From Eledone cirrhosa (Eukaryota), in contig OZ024743.1 in NCBI GenBank assembly GCA_964016885.1, positions 150,288,001 through 150,352,000 of the forward strand: 64,000 nucleotides of DNA. The letters run 5' to 3'. A program made the translations under genes and the position numbers. Of this stretch, positions 51,431 to 64,000 are shown piece by piece. The notes below the pieces were generated by a model. That model saw only the letters and a program-made list of their open reading frames with translations. It did no database searches and was not told the origin of the DNA. Each line of letters begins with the position of its first letter. The first letter of the stretch is position 1.

Positions 51431-52229
51431 TACATACAAAAAGAAAATTATTGGCTTTATACAATTCTCCAGGCTTTGACCAGATATTGTCTTGCTTGAA
51501 TTCTTTAGAGGTTAAATTTATTTACATCATTTTTATTAACCTTCATTATCATCACCACCATTGTGTTACATACTCTTTCTCATACTAATTGGGCTTGGAC
51601 AGATTTTCTTTAGGCAGTGTTTATGGCCAGATGTCCTTCTTCTCTTCAACCCTTTTAATCACTTTTCATGACATGCATGATCACAGTGTGCTTATTCTAA
51701 AACCAGGATACACACAGTAAATTATCACAATAAAAATTTAAATTTTACTTCAATCTTCAGTAAATTTCATCATTTCAATGTTTTCAGTATATGTTCATTG
51801 AATCATATCATTCAGCCTTTTCCTAGATAATGTACAGAATATGTTTGTTCAGTGACTGTAAATATTCAGAATGATTATGTAGTATGTATTTGTTTAACCT
51901 CAGGTCACCCCATATTAAAGGTTTTCCAACTGTGATCACCCTGTCTTGTTTGTATATTGTATATCTAAGACTAAATTTTCCCAATGTACTCGTCCACTTT
52001 TAAGATAGTAGTACATGATTTGATGGAAAATTGGCTGCAACAACTGGTAAGCTGAGTGACTGTGTAAAACCTCCTTCTTTGGCTTGGTTGAAGTACTATT
52101 GTATAGAAGACTTTATTTCTGCTTAGTAAAGGGTGATTTTTTAGTAAAAGCAATAGCTATAACATTTTCAGGCCTTTCCTCTGGCAGATAAGGATGCCTG
52201 GTAAAAATTAACCTGTGTTATATTTAGTT

Positions 52230-52760
52230 TTAATTCTTGCAACTTGATGGCTTGCAGGAAAACCAAACATTATATCTTGGTATTAATGAATGTAATGTAC
52301 TGGTTTTCTTTATTCTGGCTTAGACATAGAACAGAGACAGACATGTTTCTGAAACTGTTCAATGGACATGAGTACATAAGTAGTTTAATATGTTTATTGT
52401 TGGCTTGAGGGTTGATGACAGATGGTTCACTGTTTTCTCACATCTATCATGAGAGGATTTGATTTTTATATTATTACGTTAAGATGCCCCAATGTATATA
52501 TTGTGTGTAAGTGGTATGTTTGTTGTAGATAGAAGAGATAAGAATCTTGAGGTGCATTATTTGTGAAACTTTCAATCTGTAGAGCTTAATACTAAATCTT
52601 ATATAGGTTTGGTGTCATGAGAATTTCATGATGACATTATGGTAGCATTTGTCATGAGCATCTAAAGAATTAAGTGTTACTTATTGTAGATGTAATTGTT
52701 TGAGAGTTGCTTGTCTTGGAAATAGTACAATACAGCTTTATATTTCAACATAGGCCATTG
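52230..52760 (-). mobile_element. Possible highly decayed Penelope GIY-YIG remnant
   Basis: Minus-strand fragments IKLYCT, NIYIGAS and VLCLSQ occur in the order expected from the element at 25445-26460. Confidence 0.4.
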
Positions 52761-52975
52761 TTTCAAGAGAGTATTGCAAAAGCAAAAGATAACATGATGT
52801 AACATGAAACTTATAATAGTAAACAATAATCAGATTTGATGAAATGAATTGAATGAAGAGAAATTCAAGAGACATCTTTTAAGTTGTTGAATTTGAAGCA
52901 AGTCAGACATCAAATATGATGCCTGTTATTTCAAAATTATTGTTACAAAAACAGAATACATGACTTGCAAAGATA

Positions 52976-52977
<2 letters not shown>

Positions 52978-53006
<29 letters not shown>

Positions 53007-53074
53007 CTTCTTCTTCTTCTTCTTCTTCTTCTTCTTCTTCTTCTTCTTCTTCTTCTTCTTCTTCTTCTTCTTCT

Positions 53075-53109
<35 letters not shown>
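52978..53109. repeat. (TTC)n microsatellite
   Basis: Direct inspection. Confidence 0.97.
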
Positions 53110-53110
<1 letters not shown>

Positions 53111-54017
53111 CAGGGAATTGTCAGGTGGTTTGGTACTAAATGGGTTAAATAAAGAGCAGATGCCATTTTCACATTGCTTGAATAAAGGTTAAGATTGAAT
53201 AAGATCATATTTTCTTCATATCCCTGTAAATATGAAAATGTACATTACTAGTAGTGATTTAGACTTGAGGCTACAAACTTGTAGGATTATAATGTTTTCT
53301 GTAGTATTACATTTTCAAGCTGTAAGTTAACAGAAATATATTTCATACTGGTTTCTTATCTTCTTTCCTTTTTTAGAACCACTATATTTGGACTGAATTC
53401 TTTTTTACAACACTCAACTTACAGCAGCTGGCTTCATCATACTGCCTGGGGACAATTTATCACTGATACAAGACGTTAGAAATAAAATAAATGAAATTTT
53501 CAAACTAGATTCTATATTCCCATGTCAATGGCTGAAGAACAAAGAAAGATAATGATTTTCTGATGTAACAAATCTTACATAGAAACAAACTTTTAACAAA
53601 ATTCTGTCCCTCTTTGTGTTGCAAACACTGTTGCTATGAGAAAACAAATGTAATTGTTTTATAAAGTACAATCTTAAACATTATTTAGACTATCAAATTT
53701 ACCATAGCAAAAAATTGAGAATTTTATGTTTATAACTAAGTTTAAGAAAATAAGTTGATATTAATTTCAGAATTAATTTGGTGTTTTTATTACTTTAATA
53801 AGGGTGGTAGCCTGGTTGAGTTGTTAGAATGTTGGACTAATGCTTAGTAGTATTTGTTCCAGCTCTTTACATTCTGTGTTGAAATCTGACTAAGATCAAC
53901 TTTGCCTTTCATTATTCTGGGTTAATCAAATAAAGTACCAGTAAAAAACTGGAGTTTATATATTAGATTTTCTCTGCCCAACACATTGCTGGCTCTATGC
54001 CTAAATTAGAGATCATT

Positions 54018-54204
54018 GGTGGATTGGCAGTATTGGTAGAGGGTCGGACGCCATGCTTTCCAGCATAGTTACGTCCCTTTACAATCTGAGTTCAAATTCC
54101 GCTGAGGTTGACTTTGCCTTTCATCCTTACGGGGGTCGATAAAATAAAGTACCAGTAATGCACTGTATAATTGCTGACCTTGTGCCTAAAGTAGAAACAA
54201 TTAT
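54018..54204 (+). mobile_element. SINE family A, full length, directly behind an older copy (53803-54016)
   Basis: Matches 34812-35000 and the reverse complement of 4829-5010. Confidence 0.8.
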
Positions 54205-54917
54205 TTAGTTTAATTAAAGGGTTGTAATGCTTTATTTTGAAGCCTAAGTCGCTAGAGCTGACCATCTCTCATTTCATCACAAAAGGTTTTAGATTCAAAT
54301 ATGCTATTTCTTAAATGTCTAAAGTTAGAAAAAGTTAATTTTATACCATTATAAGTTTGAGAAATGTTCACACAAACATTAAATCATAAACATTTTAGTT
54401 CTGATAAATATATATATATTTTTTTTTATTGAATTTTTCATAAACATCTTCAAAATTCCCATTATTTAGATTAAACTACAGACAATTATGAACTTATTTT
54501 AATACAGTAAATGTTTTCATAAGGTATCAGCATCATCATCATCACCATCACAATTTTTACATCCACTTTTTCTATGTTTGCATGGATTAAGCTGAAAATT
54601 TTTGAGACAGGTTTTGTACAATCAGATGCACTTTCTGAGCACAACCCTTACTTTATTTAAGTATGGCATATATATCATCATCATCATCATCACTATTTAA
54701 TGTCCTTCTTCCACACTACTATGGGTTAGATGGGTTTGTCCCATTTAGAGGCAAGTTGGATCAGGTGACAATGTCTAGCTCATATAGGACTGTTTCTGGT
54801 TGGATGCCCTTCCTAATGCCAACCACATTTACAGTGTGTGCTGTATGTTTTGTGGTACCAACATAACATATATACACATACATACATATATATATATATA
54901 TCATGATGATGATATAC

Positions 54918-55006
<89 letters not shown>

Positions 55007-58000
55007 CGTACATACCTATATCATCAACATCACCACCGTTTATGTCTATTTTCCATGTTAGCATGGGTTAGACGAGTTGTCCAGTTGTGGGCAATGCTAG
55101 GTCAGGTGACCATGGCTTGCTCATACAGGACTGATTCTGGCTTGGTTTGTACAGCTGCATGCCCTTCCTAACGCCAGCTTCATGTACAGTGAGTACTGGG
55201 TGCTTTTTGTCATGAGGCCTACACGACCACATTACAGTGTGGACTGGATGCTTTTTGCTGTATGCCTACATGAACAGTTTACAGTGTGGGCTGGGCACTT
55301 TTTGCCATGTCACCATTACGACCACTTTATATTTACATATACTTGTGAAGGTGCATGGATTTGTGGTTAGGTCATGTGTTTGATTCCCGGTGTAGCATTG
55401 TGTCCTTGAGCAAGACATTTTATTTCATGTTGTTCCAGTCAACTAAGCCTGTAATTCAAAGAGCCAACCTGGTCACAATCTGTGTCATGCTGAATATCTT
55501 TGAGAACTACATTAAGGGTACATGTTTCTGTGGAATGCTATGCCACTTCTACGTTAATTCCATGAGCTGGTTGTTCCATTGATCATATCAACCGGAACAC
55601 TCATTGTCATAACTGACAGAGGGCCAGTTAGTTATACACACACACACACATATATATATATGCACTGCTAATATTTGTTGAAATACTACACAGTAGTAAT
55701 GTAATGTTTATGGGGTTGTAAACTATATTATCTTTGGAGAATTATTTAGAAATGGTGTTGATATATTTTGTGACAACTGGCACACACCCACTCACCGATA
55801 TAGAAATTTCCTCTTAACTAGAGAAAACAAAATGCTAGTAGTAATTGGTAAGTAACTCTTAAAGAAAAGGGGAAATAATTTCAAGAAATTCACAGAAAAT
55901 TTTATTTTCATGTTTAGAAGAAAATTATTTTCTTAGGTGACAGTTATGTGTGTGTTTCAATCTTATCAGATATAGAATAGACTTTGAAGCCTGTATGATC
56001 AGTGAATATAGATTATATGTAGAAAAGGTATAATGAACATTTTTGACCAGTAGTAATTCTATAAATTCATCAGTAGTTTTATGCCTGTTTTACCATGCCA
56101 GCATGGGTTAGATGAGATTTGTTAAGGCAGATTTCTATGACTAGATGATATTCCTGATGCTCACCCTCACGTGTGTTTTTTCTTTTGATTGTAAGGCATG
56201 GATCTTCACATGATTATTTATGTTGAATGTTAATAAATATTGCTGCCTGCAATGTTAAATAAGAAAGGAAAAGACATACAAATGCATATATATATGATGG
56301 TTTTCCTTATTGTTTCTATCTACCAAATACATTCACAAGGCCTTTGTCATCCCAAGAGAATAGTAGAAAATATTTTGCTCCATGTGCCAAGCTGTGGCAA
56401 GACCATGTGGCTGTGAGACTAATTTATAAACCACACAGTCATGTCATAATTAAAAAAACAAAAAAACATGGCAAGGAAAATAACTATCATATTCTGATGT
56501 CTTCTACAAATTTCGAACTCATTTTTCCAAGGGTTTATATATCATCCTTTTTTTTTTATTTTCTTGAATCATATGGATGATTTATTGTGTCAATATCTTT
56601 TGATCTCTCATTGGTTTTCTTTTCATACAACTGAATGTTACTACATTGCATATGACTGATAAATTGCATAAGATATGTATGAAGACATATCCAACACACA
56701 CACACACTCACATATGCACACAAACACACACACACTCACACACACACACATATATTATATATAATATAAATATTTGTGTGCATGTATGCACACACATGCG
56801 CAGGTTGGTTGTATGTATACATTTTCTTAAATATAAATATTAATTTTCTATATATTTGCTAAAATTGAAAAATACATTCTTTGTCATGATATATAATATT
56901 TTGTTGGAAGCAACATAATCATTGACATTTTCCCACTTTTATGCAAACCAGCCATTAGTTAAGACTGTCATTAGGTTAGATCTAACTGATAACTCTTGTG
57001 CTGATGGTGACTCATCAAAATTACTCATCTTCATAATGAGTGGAAAATTACATTTCAAAACTGAAGCTTTCAAAATTAGATTTATAGAGGAATTCTTTAC
57101 ATCATTCAATTTAATAATTACTTATTGAAATATAATTGTCAAGTCTACAAGTTAATTTGAAGGAGAAAAACTACACAATTTTAACTGGGCTCCTTGAAAA
57201 TGCTTCTATAAACACTGGGCTGGGGGAGAGGAGAGAGAATAAGGAGAGTGGTTGTTTCTAAGAAACACAAATATAAATACCTTCTTAAACTTTTGAAGGT
57301 GGGCAGTTTCCATGTCTTTACTTATATTAAGTACCACTAAATCACGACATATATAAAAACATTTTAACAAAGCCTTCAATCTTAGTATAATCTAACTTTT
57401 TAATGATTTCAATCTCAAACATTCTTTTTACTGTTTCTTTGTTTTGTTTTTTTTTGTATGATCTAAAAAAAAATAATAATACAATATGCTCCTATGAACA
57501 TGAGTTATTGGTTTTATTTATTTGTTTATTTTATTTTATCTATTTATTTACCTTGTAAAGACTAAAAGTCATTTAAAAAAATGTTCTACCTTGAAGTCAA
57601 GATTTAATTTCTTTTTAAATATTTTTATTTTATTGTAAAAACAAAATCTTGATGTAGCTTGCCTGCACCTTTTTATTTAGCATATAGAATTTTTCTTCAT
57701 CAAATAAAATCTGATTGTGCAATCAAGTACTACAACCACACATACATATGTGCACACATAAGCATAGAATCAGATGTCTAACAATGTACCACTGTAAAGA
57801 TACATAGACACGTATATATGTTGTGTCTGTATGTTGCTGTGCATGTGTGTTGTGTGTTGTGTATGTATATATATTCAGAAGATAGAAATATTTTATACAC
57901 ACATTAATGAAATATGAATTTATAAACAAGGTTTATTTGTTTAATATTCCAGTTTAAATGAATATTGTTATTAATGATTTTAATTCTATTTCATCAAGAG

Positions 58001-58470
58001 GTTTTTATAAAATAGGTTTAGGAGTCTTTCTCATTTCAGATATAAAGATAAATGAAATGTGATCTATGAGTACCTGTTTCAAAATAAGTTTTTACTGTTG
58101 TTTAATTATAGTCCTGTTTGAGTGGTCCCATGATCAAAGATGTTCCAAACATCCTGCTATTTGCTTTCAGGCATAATACATCAAGGACTACAATATCTAA
58201 TGTGTTCTTTTTTTTTTAAGATGGTAGGGATGTTTGGCTGCTTTTTCAGGTTGAATGTCTATATTGAGGCTCCTTTGTTGGATCCAGTGAGTTTGTTTGA
58301 TATTGTACCATTGAGTCACCAATTACCCAAATGTGGCTTAACAATATCTACATCTTTCCTACATACTTTTAGATACTAAAAGATCTTTCTATGCAGTATA
58401 TTAAATATATTTGGAATTGGTGTGATAATACTGACTTTTGATGATGCTATACATTATACATGTAATAGTG

Positions 58471-59600
58471 TCTTCTTCTTCTTCTTCTTCTTCTTCTTCT
58501 TCTTCTTCTTCTTCTTCTTCTTCTTCTTCTTCTTCTTCCTGAGGGGGTCATTGGGGCAGAGACCTCAAACACTCTTTCCAGCGAGTCCTATTAGAAGCAA
58601 CCATTTCCAACTGATCCAGTTGGATCCTTAAGTGAGATCAGCCAAGCTCATGGATGTTATCCAACCACCGTGCTCGAAGTCTACCCCCGGGTCTCTTGCT
58701 GGTTGGTTTTTACCTGTAAAATCTGTTCAGAGATTCTTTCCTGAGACATTTTAACCCCATGTCCATAATATCAAATCAATGATTCTCAAGTTAGAGAAGG
58801 GGTGTCTCTACCAGGAGTGAGTCTCTGATCTCCGAGCTATGCATTCTATTGAGTAACGTTACTCCAAAGACCCTTTGGATGAACCTCATGATCATATACT
58901 TTCGGTCATTACCCAAGATACATGACTATAGGTAAGGGTTGGCATGAATACCAAATTAAAGATAGTGTGTATGGCTTTTACATCTACATCCCTTCTTCCG
59001 ATTACTGAATGCTGAAGCTGGCACATTACTCAGCTCCTGCAATTCTTGCACTTAATTCAGCCTCTTGTCTTCCATTACTCATAAACACTGCCTCAAGATG
59101 CTGAACTTTTCCACCTGTTTCAGTGGAACTCCATTCGCATGTAGAGTGCACAGTGCAGGTATCTCAGTTTTTGCAGCACTGTTTTTAATTCCAGCCATGC
59201 AGCACTTGGCATCAAATTTATCAAGTGCAAGTCAGAGATCACTTTCTGTCAAGTTAAGTAATGCCATGCCATCTTCAAATTCCAGTCAACTGATTTTACA
59301 CCTGCCAGTCATGATGCCATTTCCAACCCAACTGCGTATGACAATCCTGTTCACAAAAATAATGAACAGGTGAGGTGACAGTATGCACCCTTGGTGGAGT
59401 CTGACTCCCACTTTGAATGGCAGTATTCCCACAATTTCTCAAAAACCTGTTACAATGTGAATATTTGGTCAGCTGTGCTGTGCCCCAGGGCAAACCCACA
59501 CTGTTCATTAGCTAGCTTGGATTTTACAATCTCTCTACATTTCTTTGCCAGACACTTAGGATGGGGAGGCTTAACAAGGTGATCCCTCTATAATTGTGTA
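58471..59600 (-). mobile_element. RTE LINE (family 2) remnant with (AAG)n tail
   Basis: Colinear with 43938-45250. Confidence 0.8.
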
Positions 59601-62335
59601 ATATTGGGATTTTCAAAAATAGCAGTCTAAACTTCCTTGAATCATACCTTGCTCATTAAAAAATAATGGGATGGGATGGTCAAAGCTGAAATGCTTTTCA
59701 TCATCACTTTTCTCAATCAGGATTTATCTGCAGCTAAACAACAACTCTTTGTAATAGACACACACACACACACACATGCATATATACATATTGCCAACAA
59801 GAAATATCTCATAATGTATAATGTCTACAATTAGAAATAAATTCTATAGAAGATGATGATAGAATTGCAACAAACCATCTTTTCTTTAGCATGGTAAACA
59901 AAGATAGTTATCAGCAACAAGGACCACAAATATTGAATAAACAAGTACAGTTTTTGAAACATTAAGATAGTTACATAAATAATTTTATGAATAAATTAGA
60001 ACTGATCTTTAAAGGTTGCTTTATATCTTTATGTTGAAATTAAGCTTACAAGATATGTGTAAGTCTTCTTATCGTATGACATTTGACAATGGTTAGAGAG
60101 GCAGATTGAGATTGGTGAGTCAGACTAAGGGGTCATTTATGCAGCACTGTCTGGTCAGGGTCTCCACAGTCACCAGCTGAGCTGTCTTTCATTTTCCATC
60201 GATGGAGATGATGAGCTGTCCTGGCATGTGCTGTGCAGATCTTGTTAAGGGACATCCATTGCTTTCAAGGAAGGTCAAAGCTGGCTGGTTTAGATGTGGG
60301 ATCCTGGACGAGGTCTCAGTTGGCAAATTTGGATACATTCCATGATCAAAGTTATAGACAAAGTTATTGTCTTGAAAGATCCTCATTGATTCCCAGAATG
60401 TGTAAGTGAATATACGTCTGTGTATGTGTATAAGAAAATCATTAAAAAATAATTATTGGCCATATTTATCTTGTTATGTATTCTGATTTATAATATGAAT
60501 ATAAAAGAAAATAACTCCTCCCCCACCCCAAAAACAAAAAGACAAAGATTAAACTGCTTCCAATGTAAAACATCTTCAGATAATTTCTATGAGTTCAATA
60601 TATCAAAATAACATTTCAGAGATTAAATGAAATTCATCCTTAAATATAAATACTGAAACATTTTAGATTTGATATTAGAGCTATTTTTTAATTGGCCTGG
60701 TATTAAGAGTAAGCAATTGGCCAATTTAAAAAGATAGGTTCAAGTATCCAACTGATAAAATAAGATAAAAATATACAATCAAATTTGTAGAGAGAAAAAA
60801 TCCAGATTTGATAATTTTTGTCAAGTAAAACTGAATAAAGAAGAACATTTGAAAATAGAAGAAAATCTGCATTTGAACTCTAATGACTCTTGTTAATTTA
60901 AGTTATAAATGCTAAGACCAATTAATAGATTATTGATTAACTGAAGAATTAATATCAGTTTCAAAAAGGAAGTAACATGTATACAGAGCAAGATTAATTT
61001 AACATGTTTCATGAAAAAACATTAATTAGGAGTTAGTCAAGAAAAAACTTGTAAGTTGTTTTGTTTTTTTCTTTAGAAATTTGCTGTTGTCAAACTTAGC
61101 TCCAGGTGATGCCTGATCAAACAGACATATGAGCAATGTCTTTCTAGCCATGACCATCTCTTTTTTGGGGGGGTGGGAGGTGGGGTGGGGTGGGGGGTGG
61201 GGGTGATGGTATCTATGATACCCAATGTGCCTATCCTTTTTTTACGACAGTAAGATGTGAGGAGAAATTGGCTACTACTCCAAGATGATCAAGCGACCAC
61301 ACACTGGCTTCCTTATTGGTTCCTATATATTAATATCTAATCAGAGATTGGGTACTCATTCCTGTCCATTTGTTATGTTTGTTGATTTGTTAAAGTGATG
61401 AATGACAGAATTAGTATATGCAGGACAACAAATTTTTTTCTGAGTTCAAATCCTTCTGGATTCAACATTGACTTTTATCTTTCTTGAATTGCCAAAATGT
61501 AGTACCAGTTAAGTATTGCAGCAAAGTGGGTAGAGTGCGAAGAGAGGCTGTTTAATCGATGAAAACACTCAATTATGCTGTTAGAAACTGTTAATATGAA
61601 TGTGGCTGGCAAAAAAAATAAAGAGAAGATATGTGCCTGGAAGAGCTATGTAACTAAGGAAGGTGCATACATACCTCAGTTTCTTATGAAACAGTGAGAA
61701 AAAATAGATGTAATGTTTGTACTAAAACTTCTAATAATCATTATTGTCATGATCATCATCATCTATTATTGTCTATACCAAATATTTCCAGTATTTTCCA
61801 AATCAAAGAGGTTTATTAATCTGTGATTATTGCTTGGTAAGTATAGAACAATTGCGAAACTGAAAATAGTGCATAATTTGCAGAAAATTTGACAGGAGGT
61901 GATGCCAAGTCACCCATAAAGGTAATTTAGTTTGTGTTGCCTTCCATCAATAGTATATCCACTTGTCACCATTCTTATAAAATATATTAAAGTTATGCAT
62001 ATCACACACACGCTAACCCATACACATACACACACATGCACACACACATACACACACTCACAAGGGGTACAAGCTATCACTATAATTGCTTAATTCTGTT
62101 TTCTATTTACTAATACATCATATGTTTTCTGCTACTATCATCTCTCATCCAAGGATGACAAATGTCATCAGATAATCGATTTTCTTCATATATTAAGTAA
62201 TTTCATATGTACACTACTCTTTTTGGAATTAAAAAAGTTATTGAGTAGTCTCAGGTAAATTTAATTCAAACACAAACAAAATTAGATGAATGATTGGAAA
62301 TTTCAATCTGATTTTCTGTTCTTTATATTTAATCT

Positions 62336-62560
62336 TTATATTTTGAGATTGAATGAGGTATGGTTTTTTAATGCATACCCAACGTTCCCGTTACCAATTG
62401 TTAAAGCTTCATCCCTTCTGGGCCCTCTTTTGGGTCTCAGAATATGCAATCTTTGAGTATCCATCCTGACCCTCCCACAACAGGTTGCAGGCTCTGTGCC
62501 AGTTTTTACGACATTGTAGGGAAACTGCAATATATTTTTTAAACAAGCCCCTCTACCTAG
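62336..62560 (-). mobile_element. Possible LINE 5' UTR / APE endonuclease start
   Basis: LTIGNGNVG resembles the GTWNV motif that opens LINE APE domains, and the sequence truncates right after it. Confidence 0.3.
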
Positions 62561-64000
62561 GGCCTAAATGTAATCCTTGTTACCCCACGTGATGGGCAAT
62601 GGAGCATGATTGTTTTTCTTGCATCTGACCATACTGCAGTTTTCTGTGATCATACTCAACCAGTCGCCAGTTTGGTGACTAGGCTGTTGTATGTTGCCTC
62701 ATTGTAACTGTATCATTGGATTGTGAGAGTTTTTTTTAAGTTAACAGTGTCCCCCATGGCTCTATCTCTCCTTGTAGCTGTTTAGTCAGAAGTTGCCCAC
62801 TTATATCAGCACTAAATATCATATCTGGTGGCTGTATGGCTATCTGACACCTGCAATCTATTCTCTAGTAGAACAGCTTTATAATATTACAATTTAATGG
62901 CTGTGCTATTGTACATTTGTTTAAAATTAGTGAATAACAACACATATATAAAATGTTTATAAATATCTATTGAAATTAGGATTGTGTCTGTAATAGGCTT
63001 TTTCTTTATCTTTATTATTTCTGTCTAAAATATTTCTATTTACATGTTAGTTGTTGTTTAGCCACAAATCAGACCTGATCAGGCAGACCTATGTTCAAAT
63101 ATCTTCTAGCCTGGATCATGCCAATTTTTTTTAATGTAGGAACTACATGTTCAATGTATCCTTCATCTTTTAAAATGGTAAGATGTGGTTATGTGTGTGT
63201 GTTGATGTTATTTATAATATATCAAGTAGCTCTGTTGAGATTACCTCATTAGCCCAATAAACACAATGGTTGAGTGGGTAAGTCAAGTCCTATTTAGTGC
63301 ATAGAAAGCTGACTGTGAGAAATATTTTTAAACTCTTGCATGAAGTATCTAATCAAGGTTGCCGTTTCTAACTGTTGCAAGCCAGGAAGAGTTTAATAGA
63401 AAAGAATAAGGAAAAAGTAAATCTCAAAATAAAATTCAATCAGATTTTCTCAAAATCAAAACAATGTATAAAATACATAAACATCCTAATATAAAAGTAT
63501 ATGAATATCAAAGTTCAAAGGAAAACTGGTTTTGTTTCTGATCATTTATATAATAGATTTTAAACAGGGTTGTGAAAGAGCAGACCATTGTTGCTTGAAA
63601 TCAGAATGTAAGCAGTGTGAACGTATCATTTTAGATAGGAAATACCTCTGAGAAGGAAGTATTAATATTGTAAACACTGCAGTATATAAAGCTAAATAAA
63701 CCTAACAAAGTTTTTTTAGTAGGTGAATGGGAAGATAAATGCTAACTATTCAAGAAATCTGTTGTGAAAGGATAAAAGGCAAAAGCCCAAGAAATAGTAG
63801 AGTTTATGGGTATGTTTATTGCCAGAAAATACTCATCGGAGAATCACAGCTGGTTGTTTAAATACAAGGGGGTGGTTCTAAAGAGCATTGACCATGCATA
63901 ATCTTTATAAATTAGAAGGATCACCCCCACCCATTTTACTTTTGAATATTTCATGGTTTAGTAGCTAGGTTGAAAGTAATTTTTTTTAATAATATAACTC

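Noticed and set aside
60189-60386. 65-aa minus-strand ORF in a GC-richer patch
   Set aside because: No recognisable domain or convincing splice sites. More likely old repeat sequence.
62110-62180. Further CTGANGA hits (also at about 33891, 36073, 39336, 43553 and 46195)
   Set aside because: Each lacks a correctly placed GAAA, UH or stem I. They may be decayed relics but I cannot support them.

Overview
AT-rich eukaryotic (metazoan) intronic or intergenic DNA dominated by decayed repeats. The SINE, RTE and microsatellite make-up looks like a coleoid cephalopod (octopus), which is my inference. I cannot support any intact host protein-coding gene, and most ORF-track entries are microsatellite read-through or TE debris. 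The window holds R4/Dong-type (RLE) LINE remnants, several RTE LINE remnants, a Tx1/L1-type 3' end, a Penelope-like element (GIY-YIG) with an inverted terminal repeat, tRNA-derived SINEs, a hAT MITE with an 8-bp TSD and a 200-N gap. The most notable signal is non-coding. Seven type I hammerhead ribozyme motifs with complete cores and palindromic stem III (plus two relics) sit in small ORF-less elements, mostly beside (TA)n tracts. One of them is a 435-nt tandem, retrozyme-like unit. There is also an apparently high density of local fold-back duplications, one with a clear two-template-switch signature. All structures were read by eye and are not computationally or experimentally validated.
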